Below are positions 36,017 through 49,000 of a stretch of 64,000 nt of DNA, piece after piece; position 1 is the stretch's first letter; each line of letters starts with the position of its first letter. The translations under genes were made by a program, and so were the position numbers. Origin of the DNA: Azolla caroliniana (taxonomy: Eukaryota > Plantae > Polypodiophyta); NCBI GenBank assembly GCA_043228905.1, contig JBHGNT010000003.1, positions 12,462,001 through 12,526,000 on the forward strand, read 5' to 3'. The notes below the pieces were generated by a model that saw only the letters and a list, made by a program, of their open reading frames with translations, ran no database searches and had not been told where the DNA came from.

Positions 36017-39000
36017 CAAATGCTATGTGTAGTCTCGTGCAAAGCATAACATACATTTAACTACCAACGGTCGAGTCATACTGTACTCATCTTAGCCTTT
36101 TCTTTCTCCCCTCTAGGGCATTGCTTGGCATTCATCTTGCAATTTGTCGACAACATAGAACCTACTAGCTTTGCTTCCGACATGTTGAACCTCTCCAAGA
36201 TCTCTATCGCATATTTCTCGTGTGACAACCACAACACTTTCTTTGCTCTATCTCAAACTATGTGCATCCCCAAGATTTGTTTTGCCGGTCGAAGATCTTT
36301 TATGGCAAACGACTTGCCTAATGCTTTCTTCAAGCTCACGATCGTCTTCGTGTCTTGTTCAACTATCAACATGTCATCAACGTATAATAAGAGAATCAAG
36401 AAGTCACCTTCATCAGACCTTTTGACGAACACATAGTGATGAGCCTGTGTTTTGTGGAACCCGTGTTCTAGCATGAAGAATTTGAACTTCTTATACCATT
36501 TGCATGGAGCTTATTTCAGACCATACAAGCTTTTCTTCAGTCAACACACCAAGTTCTCTTTCCCTTTCTCCACAAAGCCTTCAGGCTGCTACATATAGAT
36601 TTCTTCATCTAGCTCCCCGTGCAAGAATGTTATTTTGACATCGAACTGTTCAATCTCTAAATTCATGCTAGCTGCTATGCCCAAAACAGTTCTGGCTGAT
36701 GTCATCTTTACCACTAGTGCGAATATTTTGTCAAAGTTTACACCCCTTTTTTGTTGAAACCCCTTCACCACTATATGGGCTTTATATCTAGGTGTGTTGT
36801 CAACTTCTCCAGTCTTCACCTTGTAGACCCATTTATTTCTGAGTGGTCTCTTACCTTTTGGCAGCACCAGGTCGAAGGTGTAATTCTCATGCAAGGAGTC
36901 CATCTCATCTTGCATTGCACTCAACCATTTATCTTTGTGCTCATTGGCCATGGCTTCATAATAACACTACAGTTCACCTTCATCAATCAAGAGGATGTAT
37001 TGACTAGCATATGTATAGTCAGTGCTCTCCTTTCTCTGAGTGGGTATCTCCTTCCACTCGTTGTTGGCTCCGGTTTGGATGTCTCTTTCGAATCTTCTCT
37101 CAGCTCGAGTTCATACATGTCGATTGGTTGTCCAGGATTATCCGTTTCCGACTCGTATTCCTCGATCTACTTCAATAAGTCTGAGGCCTCCAACTCCGAC
37201 TCATCTGTATTAGTTGGTTACTCCGAGTCGACCGTCTTGGATTCGGTTGTGTCAACTGGTCGTCTCCCAACAGTCGACTGTGTCGGTTCGATTTGTCTTA
37301 AGTCAGTAGTTGTGGGAGTCGACTGGGACATAGATTCCAAGTTCTGTTGCTTCAAGTCTTGAATTGTCTTATCTTCCAAGAAGACTAAATTTGACTTCTC
37401 ACTACTTTCTTATAGAATAAGTCCCTCAACCTGTAGCCGAACTCGCCCTATGAGTATCCCATGAATATGCATGGTTTTGATTTGTTGTCGAGCTTCAACC
37501 TCTGATTCCATATACACTAAGCATCTGAACACCCTCAGGTGCCGGTAGGAGACATCTTTTCCTGTCCACTCCCTTTGTGGGACATCACCCTTCAATGGCA
37601 CTAAGAGAGACTTGTTGATCAGATAAACAACCGTGTACATCGCCTCAACCCAATATGATTTTGGCAGCTTAGCATGTGAGAGCATGCTCCTTAATCTCTC
37701 CATGATTGTTCGATTCATCCTCAACTCAAAGGTCTTTGGCACTGTGTATTCGATTCAAATACCCTAGCCTTTGCAATATTCTTTGAACCACCCTTTATAT
37801 TCGCCACTGTTGTCGGTTCGGAGAGCCTTCAACTTTCGACCCGACTCTCTTTCAGTTCTTGCCTGGAGCTCCTTGAAGAATGACAGTACTTCATCTTTTG
37901 ACTTTAGTACGAAAGCCCACAACTTTCAATTGTAGTCATGAATGAAAGTTACAAAATATTGTCCACCTCGATGTGATGGAGCATCTACATAACACATGTC
38001 GGTGTGCACTAGTTCTAGTGTAGCTTCTCTTCTTCTAGATGGTCTTGACTAGAATGCAGCTCTATTCTGCTTTCCGAGTAAGTAGTCGACACACTTCTCC
38101 TAGTGCACTCCTTTCACTTCTAGGAGAAATTCCTCGTCAGTCAAGCTATGCATTCCCTTTTCACTCATGTGGTCGAGCCTCTTATGCCATAACTCTCCAC
38201 TCTAGTCGACCGTCACATTTGCTTCCAACTTGCACAATCAAGCATGCATCATATACAATGTACCTTCGTTCTGTGCTCGGGCCACTATGAGGTTTCCTTA
38301 GCAGAACTTCCACTTGCCATTTTGAAAACTACCATTGTAGCCTTCGTCGTCCAAGCTTCCAATCGATATCATATTCAATCTAATGTCGGGGACATGTCGA
38401 ACTTCCCTCAAAGTCAGTCGACAACCTGTCGACATCATCAAGCTTACACTTCCTATGCCGGCTACCTTGCACTCTCCGTTATCTCCCATCTTTACATAGC
38501 CATGATCCCCAACTATCTAGATCAAGAGGCATTCTCTCGAGGCAATTATATATAATGATGCACTAGAGTCAATCACCCATGTGCACTCTTCACTTGCAAG
38601 ATTTGTGCTTGCGTGCTCACAAATGAACAAGATCTTCTCTGCACTTGTAGCTATGGCTGATGTGCCCTTTTCATCAAGAATCTTCCTCGGTTCGACATCA
38701 TTACAGACACCTTTGTCCTTCACTAGGTGTCAGCAATCCTTTTGGAAGTGTCCAGGTTTCCCACAATAGAAGCATGTCAACTTTCCTATGGAGTTGGACC
38801 TTGCTTGGGACTTGTCCCTTCTTTGTGGACTTCTCTGTTTGTTCCTTCTTTGTGCTTACGTGCTCGACTATTCTTTCTCCGTTCCTGTATTTCAACCTCA
38901 CAATCTTTCTCATCAATGATGTTTTGTTGAGGGCATTCTTTGTCTCATACCAACATAACAACTTTTGCCACATCTCATAGGCATTTGTGTCGTTAGCCAC

Positions 39001-39608
39001 AAGGTACAAGACACTCACATTGACGCACTGTCTGATGGTGGCCACTGCCTTTCTGTTCAGAAGTTTCCATTCAAACTCTAATACCCCCATGGGTATTTCT
39101 GCTTTGTCAATGGGCCCATACAACACTCTTTGTGCATAGTTTATCAACCACGTAGGGCTCTTGACGTTTAACATCACTCAGCTATGATGCCGCTCACTCT
39201 CTCTACACTTTCTGTTCTACTTACTAAAGTTTTGTCCTAAGTGTATTTATACTTATACACCATATGGGCTATTTACAAATGTAGTCCCTACTACTCTCAC
39301 TTCTATTATTATACTAATAATAATAGCAATTAGTCAACCGACTTCTATGTCGACTATCTAGTCGGCCCCACTAGTCAGCCTTGTCTTCAACCATCTGGTC
39401 GGCCCGACTAGTGGATTGTGACTTCAACTTTCAATCCCCCACTGTCGACTCTCCATGTTCACTGTTTCAAAGTCGACTATTCATGTCATCGACTGTCGCT
39501 TCACAGCCCGACCAGTCGGTTATGGTTATTCCTTGTCTTCGATTGTGGGCTCTTACAGAGTCGAACAGTCGACTCCTCCCACAGGAGGGACATGTTCCTA
39601 ACACAAAT

Positions 39609-41240
39609 GAACACTACACAAAAACAATAACCCCACCACCAACAACAAGAACATGACATAATAGTCTGGTCCAAATAAAACAAATCATATTCATGTCATC
39701 ACAGAATTACTAAATCTGGACTCGCAAATGAACACTAAGAAAAAAAGAACAACAATTGCAGCAACATCAACAAAAATAACAAAAACATGCCGTAATAGTC
39801 CAGATCAAGAACAAAACACTTCTTCGACATGTCATCACAATATTACTAAATGAGGCACCCTTTTCCAAGCCTAAAGAAGTACAAGATTCATATCTCAATT
39901 CTTGGATGGACATTAGAGAAAACAAGAACAAGAACAAGAACAAGAACAAGAACATCAACAAACATACTCAACAAGAACATGTTGAGGAACATAATATATT
40001 CATAGCATCATATCATCATAACACCCCTTTCCATATGTGAATCGTCAGAACAAAGTAAGAGATTGAACAATTGAAGGAAGGTATAAGAGAATAGAAGAAG
40101 AGAGGAGAATGGATTGATAAGAGAAGAGTGGGTTTATTAGAATAGAATGATTACAAGGATGAGTTGGATACAAGGTGGGCTTGGAGCTAAAGACTGGTGT
40201 TGATTCGAATTGATTTGAGGATACATGTATGCCCTTATTTATAGGTTCCTATAGAATAGCTTAGAGATATCTAGAATGTTCTTGGACATTCTAGAATGAT
40301 CTAGAGTTTTTATAATAACAATATAATATAGAAAGTAGCTTTTATTTTCTCATATGACAATAAGCTATCTTAATGGTTGAGGTTTTCAACTATGGATTAC
40401 AAGGTTTGAGGTTCAAGTTCGGGTGACGCCATAATGGTCATGTGTTCATGGCACAGTCTTAGGTTCAAGTCCAGGTGAAGCATAATGTTCATGGATTCAT
40501 TACATGAACATGCACAAGACTCAACCATATCCATGTATAAGACTCTCAAATGAACACATTTGAAAAACAAGACAACAAACATGTTGAGGAAGATAACATA
40601 TAAATAACATCATATCATCATAACACCCCCTTACCATATGTGAACATGTACAAGACTCAAGCATATTTCTATACAAGACTCTCAAATGAGCACATTTGAA
40701 ACACCAGACATAACAAGAAAATTTACAAACCTAATCAACAAGAATATACCTCTTCTGGAGTATTTGAAGCTTCTCAATGAATATGCGGTAGAGTAACAAG
40801 TTATTTGCCAACAACTTGTTGCAGATCATGCAACAAAACCTAAAATAGGAGAAGACCTAGATGTTGTGTCGTTTCAAAAGGTTGTTGCATGTGCGTTGTA
40901 GAGGGGTCACAATAAGGACATTCAGCAGAGATGGTATGACCACAATGAGTAGAGGGGATAGAGCAAGCAAAGAATGCCTGATGCACCACAGAGGGGTCAC
41001 AACAACAACAAAGAGCAAAGAACGCATGTTCACTGCAGATTCATTGTGGATGATGAGTCACAACAAGCATAACGAGTAGAGATGGTGGGGACATAGTGAG
41101 CAAAGGGGATAGAGCAAGCAGAGAGCGCCTTGAGGTTGTAGAAGGGTCGGGTCGTAGCGAACAGAGAACATGGTTGTTGCTTGGAGGTGCAGATGGTCTG
41201 AAGCGTCGTCACAACTTGAACACATGTGAATGCAAAAGAA

Positions 41241-41291
<51 letters not shown>

Positions 41292-41690
41292 ATTATTGCC
41301 TTTGGAGGTCAAATCTGACCTATGAGACTGAAAAATTATATTTCACGTTATACGTGTAAAAGTGAGTAGTGACTCTCGATGTTCAAGAACTTTACCAATT
41401 AAGCCCATTTCACATTCGAAACCCAATTTTTCTCACCTCTCTATTACTTCATAGATATCTCTCATTTCACTAGATGCCATTGTGGAATGTAGGGGTTGAA
41501 CCCATGATCACCTAGTCTCAATCCTTGCCCAATACTTGCATGAACCCATTGAGTGTGAGTTTTATTTTTTTAATAAGTGATGATCAACGTTTTAGTCACT
41601 TTTCTTTTATCTATTTTAAATTATACTGTTTTTTCTCCTCATCGAAATAGTACTAAAATTTTGGCCAAAAGTTGGTACACTGTAGCTTGC
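39609..41690. other. Unassigned AT-rich repetitive scaffold (continues 28654-29082) with short internal duplications and a (GA)n run at ~41245-41287
   Basis: Removing D3 rejoins ...CCCT-CAAAT-GAACAC, which resembles the unit at 40540; AACAAG repeats. Confidence 0.5.
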
Positions 41691-42750
41691 TTTCACCCAA
41701 ATCACACTACGATGAAGGGTCAGGGCAAGCCGTAACAAGCCTTGCCTTTGTGATGAAACAGAAAGCCAATTTGATGGAGATGAGCACCTCAAAGTCAAAC
41801 AAGCTGTGGTATGTGGATTCCGGCGCATCAAACCACATGACGAACCATGAAGAATGGTTCTCCTCAAAACCAAGGCTCCTCGAAACCAGCGTGGGCACCC
41901 CTCATCTCATCGAACACATCAGAGAAATCCCTCTGAGCCATTTCGGCTAGAGAGGAATAATGAGGAACATATTGCACGTCTAGATGATCACAAAAAATTT
42001 GGTATAAGTAGGACAAATCGTTGACAAGGGAACGTTGGTTTAGTTCACTCATCTTGGGTGTTTTATCAAAGAAGAAGCTCGGATCATCGTGCAAGGGCAC
42101 AGAGATGGGAGGATGTTCATCCTCGAGACAAATGACGTTGACACCACAATGTTCGCAAATGGTCAGAAGGTCAAATCGGATATTGACCTACGCCCCAATC
42201 GGGCCATCCACAACAACTTCCCAAAGCTTTAGGATATGCAATGGAAACAATTGGTGTTCATCTTACCAAAGTTTAGTGGCTGAAAGGGCCAATTATGTGA
42301 AGCTCGTGAACTTGGGAAGCATCACCGACTTCCATTCCCAAACGAGCGCAACCGGAGCTGAAACAAGATTAACTTGATTCATATGGATGTTTGGGGACTG
42401 GCACAGAATGTAGGCATTGGAGGGAGTCGATATTTCATCACCTTCGTCGATGACTTTACTCGGCATACTTGGGCATGTCTGACTGAAAAGAAAAGCGAAG
42501 TCTCCTCCTGCTTCTTGAAGGTGAAAAGCCTTGCTGAACGGGAGATAGGCAGAAAAATCAAGTTCCTAAGGTTCGATGGCGAAAAAGAGTACTTTTCTTA
42601 CCAGTTCTGAAGTTACTTGCAGAAGGGGGTAATTCGGCACAAATTCTCCTGCGAGTACACATTGAAGCATATTGGCGTGGCCGAAAGAAGGAACCGGACA
42701 ATCGAATAAGTGGTTGTTGGCATAAAAGGCCGATTCCTTCCACTTTATAT
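41690..42750 (+). pseudogene. pol: Copia protease / GAG-pre-integrase / integrase fragment
   Basis: WYVDSGASNHMT, HMDVWG, YFITFVDDFTR. Confidence 0.88.
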
Positions 42751-45064
42751 CCCTAGTATGAACGCATTCCCAAGTTAGGCCTTGAGTATATAAGCCCAAT
42801 TGGGAGGTTGTAAACAATAGAACAAATGTGTGGAAAGGGCTCGACCACAACCGAGTCTTAAACACTCAATGGAAGAAGCAAGAAATGAAAATAAGAATAA
42901 TGCACTTGCACCAAATGAGGCGACACCAGGTGTTAATGTGGAAAACCCTAAATGGGGAAAAACCACGGGAGCCCACAGTTGCCAACTATCACTATGAGAA
43001 GAGGATACAAACCGAGACTCGGAGGCAACGACCTTGAGCTTTATGTCTTTGCCAACCGGCGGTTACAACAGACAAGTTTTTATGTTTCTCGCTCTGTTTC
43101 TCTGTCTCTATCTGTGTCTTTTTACAACAGTAAAGGTAACAACTCTAATCACACCTACATATTAAGTGGTTGCCCTAAGTCATATTTATACTTATATGAG
43201 TTTAGGATTATTTACAAATATGGCCATGAAAGGCCCTCGAGAAACATATCTATAGATATGTCCCTAGATCCGGTTCACAATAGATTCATCCGGATATCTT
43301 CCGGATCCGTCTAATCCGACTTGTCCAGTTCTCATCCAAATCCCATCCAGAGGAACTAAATTCCCAACAAGCTCCCCCTTCACTCCGGCATGGGATGCCT
43401 TGTTAGTCTGATCCGTCTCCTGCATAAGTCCAACTTGTCAACTGACATCACCTTGATCAGCATGTCCGACCCGTTCTCCTCCGTGTGGATCTTCAACAAC
43501 GCGAAGTGTTGATCTTCTATTCTCTCTCGGAGCCAGTGGTATCTACGTTGGATCTTCAACCCGTTCTCCTTTGTGTGGATCTTCAACAACAAGGTGGATG
43601 GCACTTTGACTGCCGCAGTAGAGCCGAAATTCCTCCTTTCGGATCCGTAGCTCTCTGATGAAGTCCGTCATCCAGATTACCTCTTGACCGATTTCCATGG
43701 CCGCCATGTTCTCTACTTCCGTTGTTGATAGTACAACAGACCTCTGCAACTTCAATTGCCATGATACGGCTCCCCCTACATATGTCATAACATATCCGGA
43801 AGTTGATCGGCTGGTATCCGCAACAACCGACATATCCGAATTCGTGAATCCTTCAAGATGGGGTTTTCCGGAGCCGAATCAGAGGCACATACTCGAGGTT
43901 CCTTTCAAGTACCGGAGTATCCATTTAACCATGGTCTAGTGTTCTCATCCCCGATTGCTCATGAACTGGATAACCTCTCCGACAACATATCCGATATCCG
44001 GTCGGGTACACACCATTGCATACATCAAGCTTCCGACGGCAGAGGCATATGGTATCTTCATCATCTCCGACTTCTCTGTCTTTGTCTTCAGACTTTGGTT
44101 TCCTGAAAACTTGCAATTTGTCGGAAGTGTCGATCCGACCGGCTTTTGCATCTGCCGTGCTGAACCGTTGGAGCACCTTCGCCACTTACTTCTCCTGTGA
44201 CAGCCACAATAGCTTCTTCTGAATCATCTAATCCCATACTACGTGCATCCCCAATATGAGTCGCTCCGGACACAAATCTTTCATTGAAAAGGTTTGGTTC
44301 AAGGCTTTCTTCATATTCCTGATTTTGGTTTGGTCCGGTCTGACAATCAGCATGTCATCCACATATAGTAAGAGTATTAGAAAGTCTCTTCCGTCGAAAT
44401 TCTTTACAAATGCACAGTGGTCGGCCTGCGTCTTGTGATATCCTTATTCGGTCATGACGGAGTCGAACTTCCGGTACCATTGCCGGGGAGCTTGCTTCAA
44501 TCCGTATAAGCTCTTCTTCAACCGGTATACTTGGAGCTCCTTCCCTTTCTTGACGAATCCTTCATGTTGTTCCCCGGATGGATGTCATCTTCACTACCGG
44601 AGCAAAGATCTTATCGAAACCCACTCCTTTCTTCTATTCGAAGCCTTTCACCACAATGCAGGCCTTATACCTTGGTGGATTTCCGGAGTCCCCCGGTTTC
44701 AACTTGTACACCCACTTGTTTCGGACCCTTCGACAGCTCCGTCAGTTCAAATGTGTGGTTCTCATCCACCGATTCCTCCGTTTGCTCTTCATCTGACGTG
44801 AATATGCGGAATAATCTTCGGCCACAACCGAGACTTAGATCACTTAATGATAATCAAACACAAAAGAAAAATGAGAAATGGAAGTAAATACACGAACAGA
44901 AGAGAATGCATAGGATGTTAACGTGGAAACCTTGAACGGGAAAAACCACAGGAGCCCACAGACTCCAAACTATCACTATGTAGAAAGAATACAACAGGGG
45001 GCAGAGAAGCAACGACCTCATGCTCACTCTCTCTCTTCGCTAGGTAGCGGTTACAACAGAGACT

Positions 45065-46039
45065 TGACGAGAACTGCACGTTCCCTATATGCAACGCTCG
45101 GCCGCAACTGAGCTTAGAATCATACACAGAAAACGGGAAATGAAATGCACGACACAAAGAAGAGAAGAGTACACAGGATGTTTACGTGGAAAAAACCCAA
45201 ACTAGGGAAAAACCACGGCAGCCCACAGGCTGCAAACTATCACTATGCTAGAATGTACAACAATGAGTTCACGGAGGCAACGACCTCGTGCTCACGATCT
45301 TCGCCACAGGCGGCGGTTACAACAGAGGCAACGACCTCTTCCTCTCTCTCTTTCTCTCTGTACACTATTACGCGCTCTCTCTCTCTCCTTGCACCAACAA
45401 GAATGACAACAATTACTAAATGTTTGCCCTAAGTCATATTTATACTAATATGACTTTTCGGCTATTTACAAATATAGCCACGATGGACTCTCAGAAACAT
45501 ATTTACGAATATGTCTCTTCATCCGGTGAGCACTCCTCACCGGGTCTGCACCATCCGGCTCTTCGTAGCCGGGTACTCCTCATCCGGTTCTCATCGAGTC
45601 TGCACCATCCGGCTCTCCATAGCCGGGTACTCCTCATCCGGTTCTCACCGGGTCTGCACCATCCGGCTCTCCTTAGCCGGGTACTCCTCATCCGGTTCTC
45701 ACCGGGTCTGCACCATCCGGCTCTCCGTAGCCGGGTACTCCTCATCCGGTTCTCACCGGGTCTGCACCATCCGGCTCTCCGTAGCCGGGTACTCCTCATC
45801 CGGTTCTCACCGGGTCTGCACCATCCGGCTCTCCGTAGCCGGGTACTCCTCATTCGGTTCTCATCGGGTCTGCACCATCCGGCTCTCCGTAGCCGGGTAC
45901 TCCTCATCCGGTTCTCACCGGGTCTGCACCATCCGGCTCTCCATAGCCGGGTACTCGTCATACGGTTTTGGCCTTGGCCGAGTTTGTTCATCAACACTGT
46001 TCTTCTCCCTTCCCATCAGGAGGGACCTGTCTCCCAACA
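45065..46039 (-). mobile_element. Copia solo LTR K2 nested in the 3' LTR of J
   Basis: TSD AGACT at 45060-45064 and 46040-46044; homologous to K1. Confidence 0.92.
45537..45968. repeat. 8 x 54-bp GC-rich tandem repeat
   Basis: Unit TCACCGGGTCTGCACCATCCGGCTCTCCGTAGCCGGGTACTCCTCATCCGGTTC. Confidence 0.95.
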
Positions 46040-49000
46040 AGACTTACTTTGTTTCTCTCTCGCTCGCTCTTCCTCTTCCTCTGTACAATAGTGTACAACA
46101 ACAACACACTTTGTTTGCCCTAGGTCATATTTATACTAATATGATATTAGGACTATTTACAGATATAGCCCCAATGGGCTCTCAGAAACATATTTCCATA
46201 TATGTTCCTTCATTTGATGAGAGGTTCTCACCGGGCCTGCGTCATTCGGTTCTCACCGGGCCTGCGTCATCCGGTTCTCACTGGGTCTTCCTTGTTGAGT
46301 ACTCATCATTCGGTTCTCACCGGGTCTGCGTCATCCGGTTCTCACCGGGTCTTCCTTGTCGGGTACTCATTATCCGGTTCTCATTGGGTCTTCCATTGCC
46401 TGGTTCTCATATCCCATCCGGAGGGACCGAAATCCTAACAAACTCCCCCTTCACTCCGGCATGGGATGCCTTATCAATCTGATTCTCTTCCTACATGCAT
46501 CTAGCTTGTCGGGTGTCAGCACTTTGGTTAGCATATCTGACCCGTTCTCTTCCATGTGGATTTTTGTCAGCACGAACTCTCGATCTTCAACTCGCTCCCG
46601 GATCCAATGGTACATCTGCTGGATGTGCTTCAACATGGAATGATACACCGCGTTCTTCGCAAGGTGGATGGAACTTTGATTGTCGCAATAGAGTTGGTAT
46701 TCCTCTTGCCGGATACCTAGCTCTCCGATGAAGTCCTTCATCCACAGTATTTCCTTGCTGGCTTCCACAGCTGCCATGTACTCCGCCTCTGTGGTTGACA
46801 ACGCAACCGTCTTCTACAGCCTCGACTGCCACGAAACAGCTCCCCCTGCATAAGTCATTACATATGCAGATGTGGACCGGCTGGTGTCCGCATCAGTCGA
46901 CATATCCCAATCGGTGAAACCGTCAAGTTGGGGTTTACCGGAGCCGAATCAGAGGCACATACTCGAAGTGCCCTTCAAATACCGAAGTATCCATTTTACC
47001 ACATTCTAATGCTCCTTGTTGGGATTGCTCATGAACCAGCTCACCACATTGACTGCATATCCGATATCCAGTCAGGTACACACCATTCCATACATTAAGC
47101 TCCCCATGGCAGAGGCACATGATATCTTCATCATATCTGCATTCTCTACCTTCGTCTTTGGGCTTTGCTTACCAAATAACCTGTAGTTTGTCGGGAGTGT
47201 CGATCCGACTGGTTTCGCATCTGACATGTTGAACCACTGAACCACCTTTGTTACGTACTTCTCCTATGACAGCCACAATTGCTTCGTTGACTGGTTCCGA
47301 ATGATATGCATCCCCAGTATCTGTCTTGCCGGACCCAAGTCTTTCATTGAGAAGGTCTGGTTCAAAGCCTTCTTCAGCGTTCGTATCTTGACTTGGTCTC
47401 GTTTGATGATCAACATGTCGTCCACGTACAGGAGGAGTATCAGGAAGTCTCCATCTTCGAACTTCTTCACAAATACGCAATGATTGGCTTGCATCTGGTG
47501 GTACCCTTGATCGATCATGAAGGAGTCGAACTTTCGGTACCATTGCCGAGGGAGCTTGCTTCAAACCGTAGAGGCTCTTCTTCAACTGACAAACCAAGTA
47601 TTCCTTCCCTTTCTTCACAAATCCCTCTGTTTGTTGCATGTAGATCTCCTCTTCAAGGTCGCCGTGGAGGAACGCCGTCTTCACGTCTAACTGCTCTACC
47701 TCGAGGTCCATTGTTGCTGCTGTGCTCAGCACCGTCTAGATGGAAGTCATCTTTACTACTGGGGCAAATATCTCGTCGTAGTCCACGCCCTTCTTCTACT
47801 GGAACCCCTTCACCACGATCCTGGCTTTGTATCTTGCGGGGTTACCGGCATCTCCCGGTTTAGGTTTGTACACACACTTGTTTTGAAGTGCCCGCTTTCC
47901 TTTTGGCAACTCCACCAATTCATATGTGTGATTCTCATGCAGGGAATCCATCTCGTCCTACATGGCACTTAACCACTTGCGGCTATGGGTGTCGTCCCTC
48001 GCTTCTTCGAAGCTTTCTGGCTCCCCCTCATCAGTTAGCAGCACATGCTCTGGGTCCGGAAATCTCCGGGGGGCCATTCTCTCTCTGAGAGGATATCTCC
48101 GACTTTGGTTTTCGGTAACTGGCTCCTGTGTCTGTTCTTCATCTTAATCTGATTCGGGGATCTTGGCCAATTCCGGTTCCAACTTCCACTTCTTCTTCTG
48201 CCGGTTTGGTATCCTCACCGTAACCGGCCGGTTCTTCGAGTGTCAACTGGCTCTTAGCCGGGTAGGTCTGAATCCCATCGAACCGGTCCTTACTGATCGA
48301 CTCGGAGATCATTATCTTCTTCTCCAACTCCCAATCGGCAAGAGTCTTGTCCTCCATGAAGATAATATCTCGACTTCGGAACACCTTCTTGTCGACGGGG
48401 TCCCACACTTGGTAGCCGAACTCATCATCACCGTATCCGAGGAATATGTAAGGCCGGGACTTTGGATCCAACTTTGCTCTCTGGTCCTTTGCCACATGCA
48501 CGTAAGCGAGACACCCAAACACCTTCAGGTGCCGTTAAGACACTTCCTTACCGGTCCATACTCTCTACGATGTGTCTCTGTCCAAGGGTACTGAGGGTGA
48601 TTTGTTTATCACGTACGTCACTGTCATCAGTGCCTCAGCCCAAAACATCTTGGGTAACTTGGCATGTGCTAGCATACTCCGAACCCTCTCCATTATAGTC
48701 CGTTTCATCCTCTTGGTCAGCCCATTGAGTTTCGGCGTCTTCGGCACGGTAAATTCAAGTCGGATTCCCTTTGAGCGACAATACTCCTCAAACTGCCCCC
48801 GGTAATCTCCTCCGTTATTTGCTCGAACCGCCTTCATCATCTGGCCGGTTTCTCTTTCTACTCTCACGTGGAGCTCCTTGAAGACAGATAACACATGATC
48901 CTTCGTCTTCAACGGTGTGGCCCACAGCTTCCGGCTGTGGTCATCTATGAACATCACGAAGTATTGTGATCCGGCATGTGAGTTCGTGTCCACTTGACAC

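Larger units (their letters stand above)
29083..39603 (-). mobile_element. Copia element D3, interrupted by G
   Basis: 3' LTR 29083-29540 with PPT; truncated 5' LTR ~39120-39603; TSD CAAAT at 29078-29082 and 39604-39608; RT continuous across G. Confidence 0.88.

Noticed and set aside
45537-45968. CRISPR-like array (also considered for 1130-1641)
   Set aside because: Head-to-tail repeats with no unique spacers, no cas genes, eukaryotic context.
45420-46482. Long repetitive ORFs (223, 323 and 164 aa) on both strands
   Set aside because: By-product of a stop-free 54-bp (multiple of 3) repeat inside a solo LTR.
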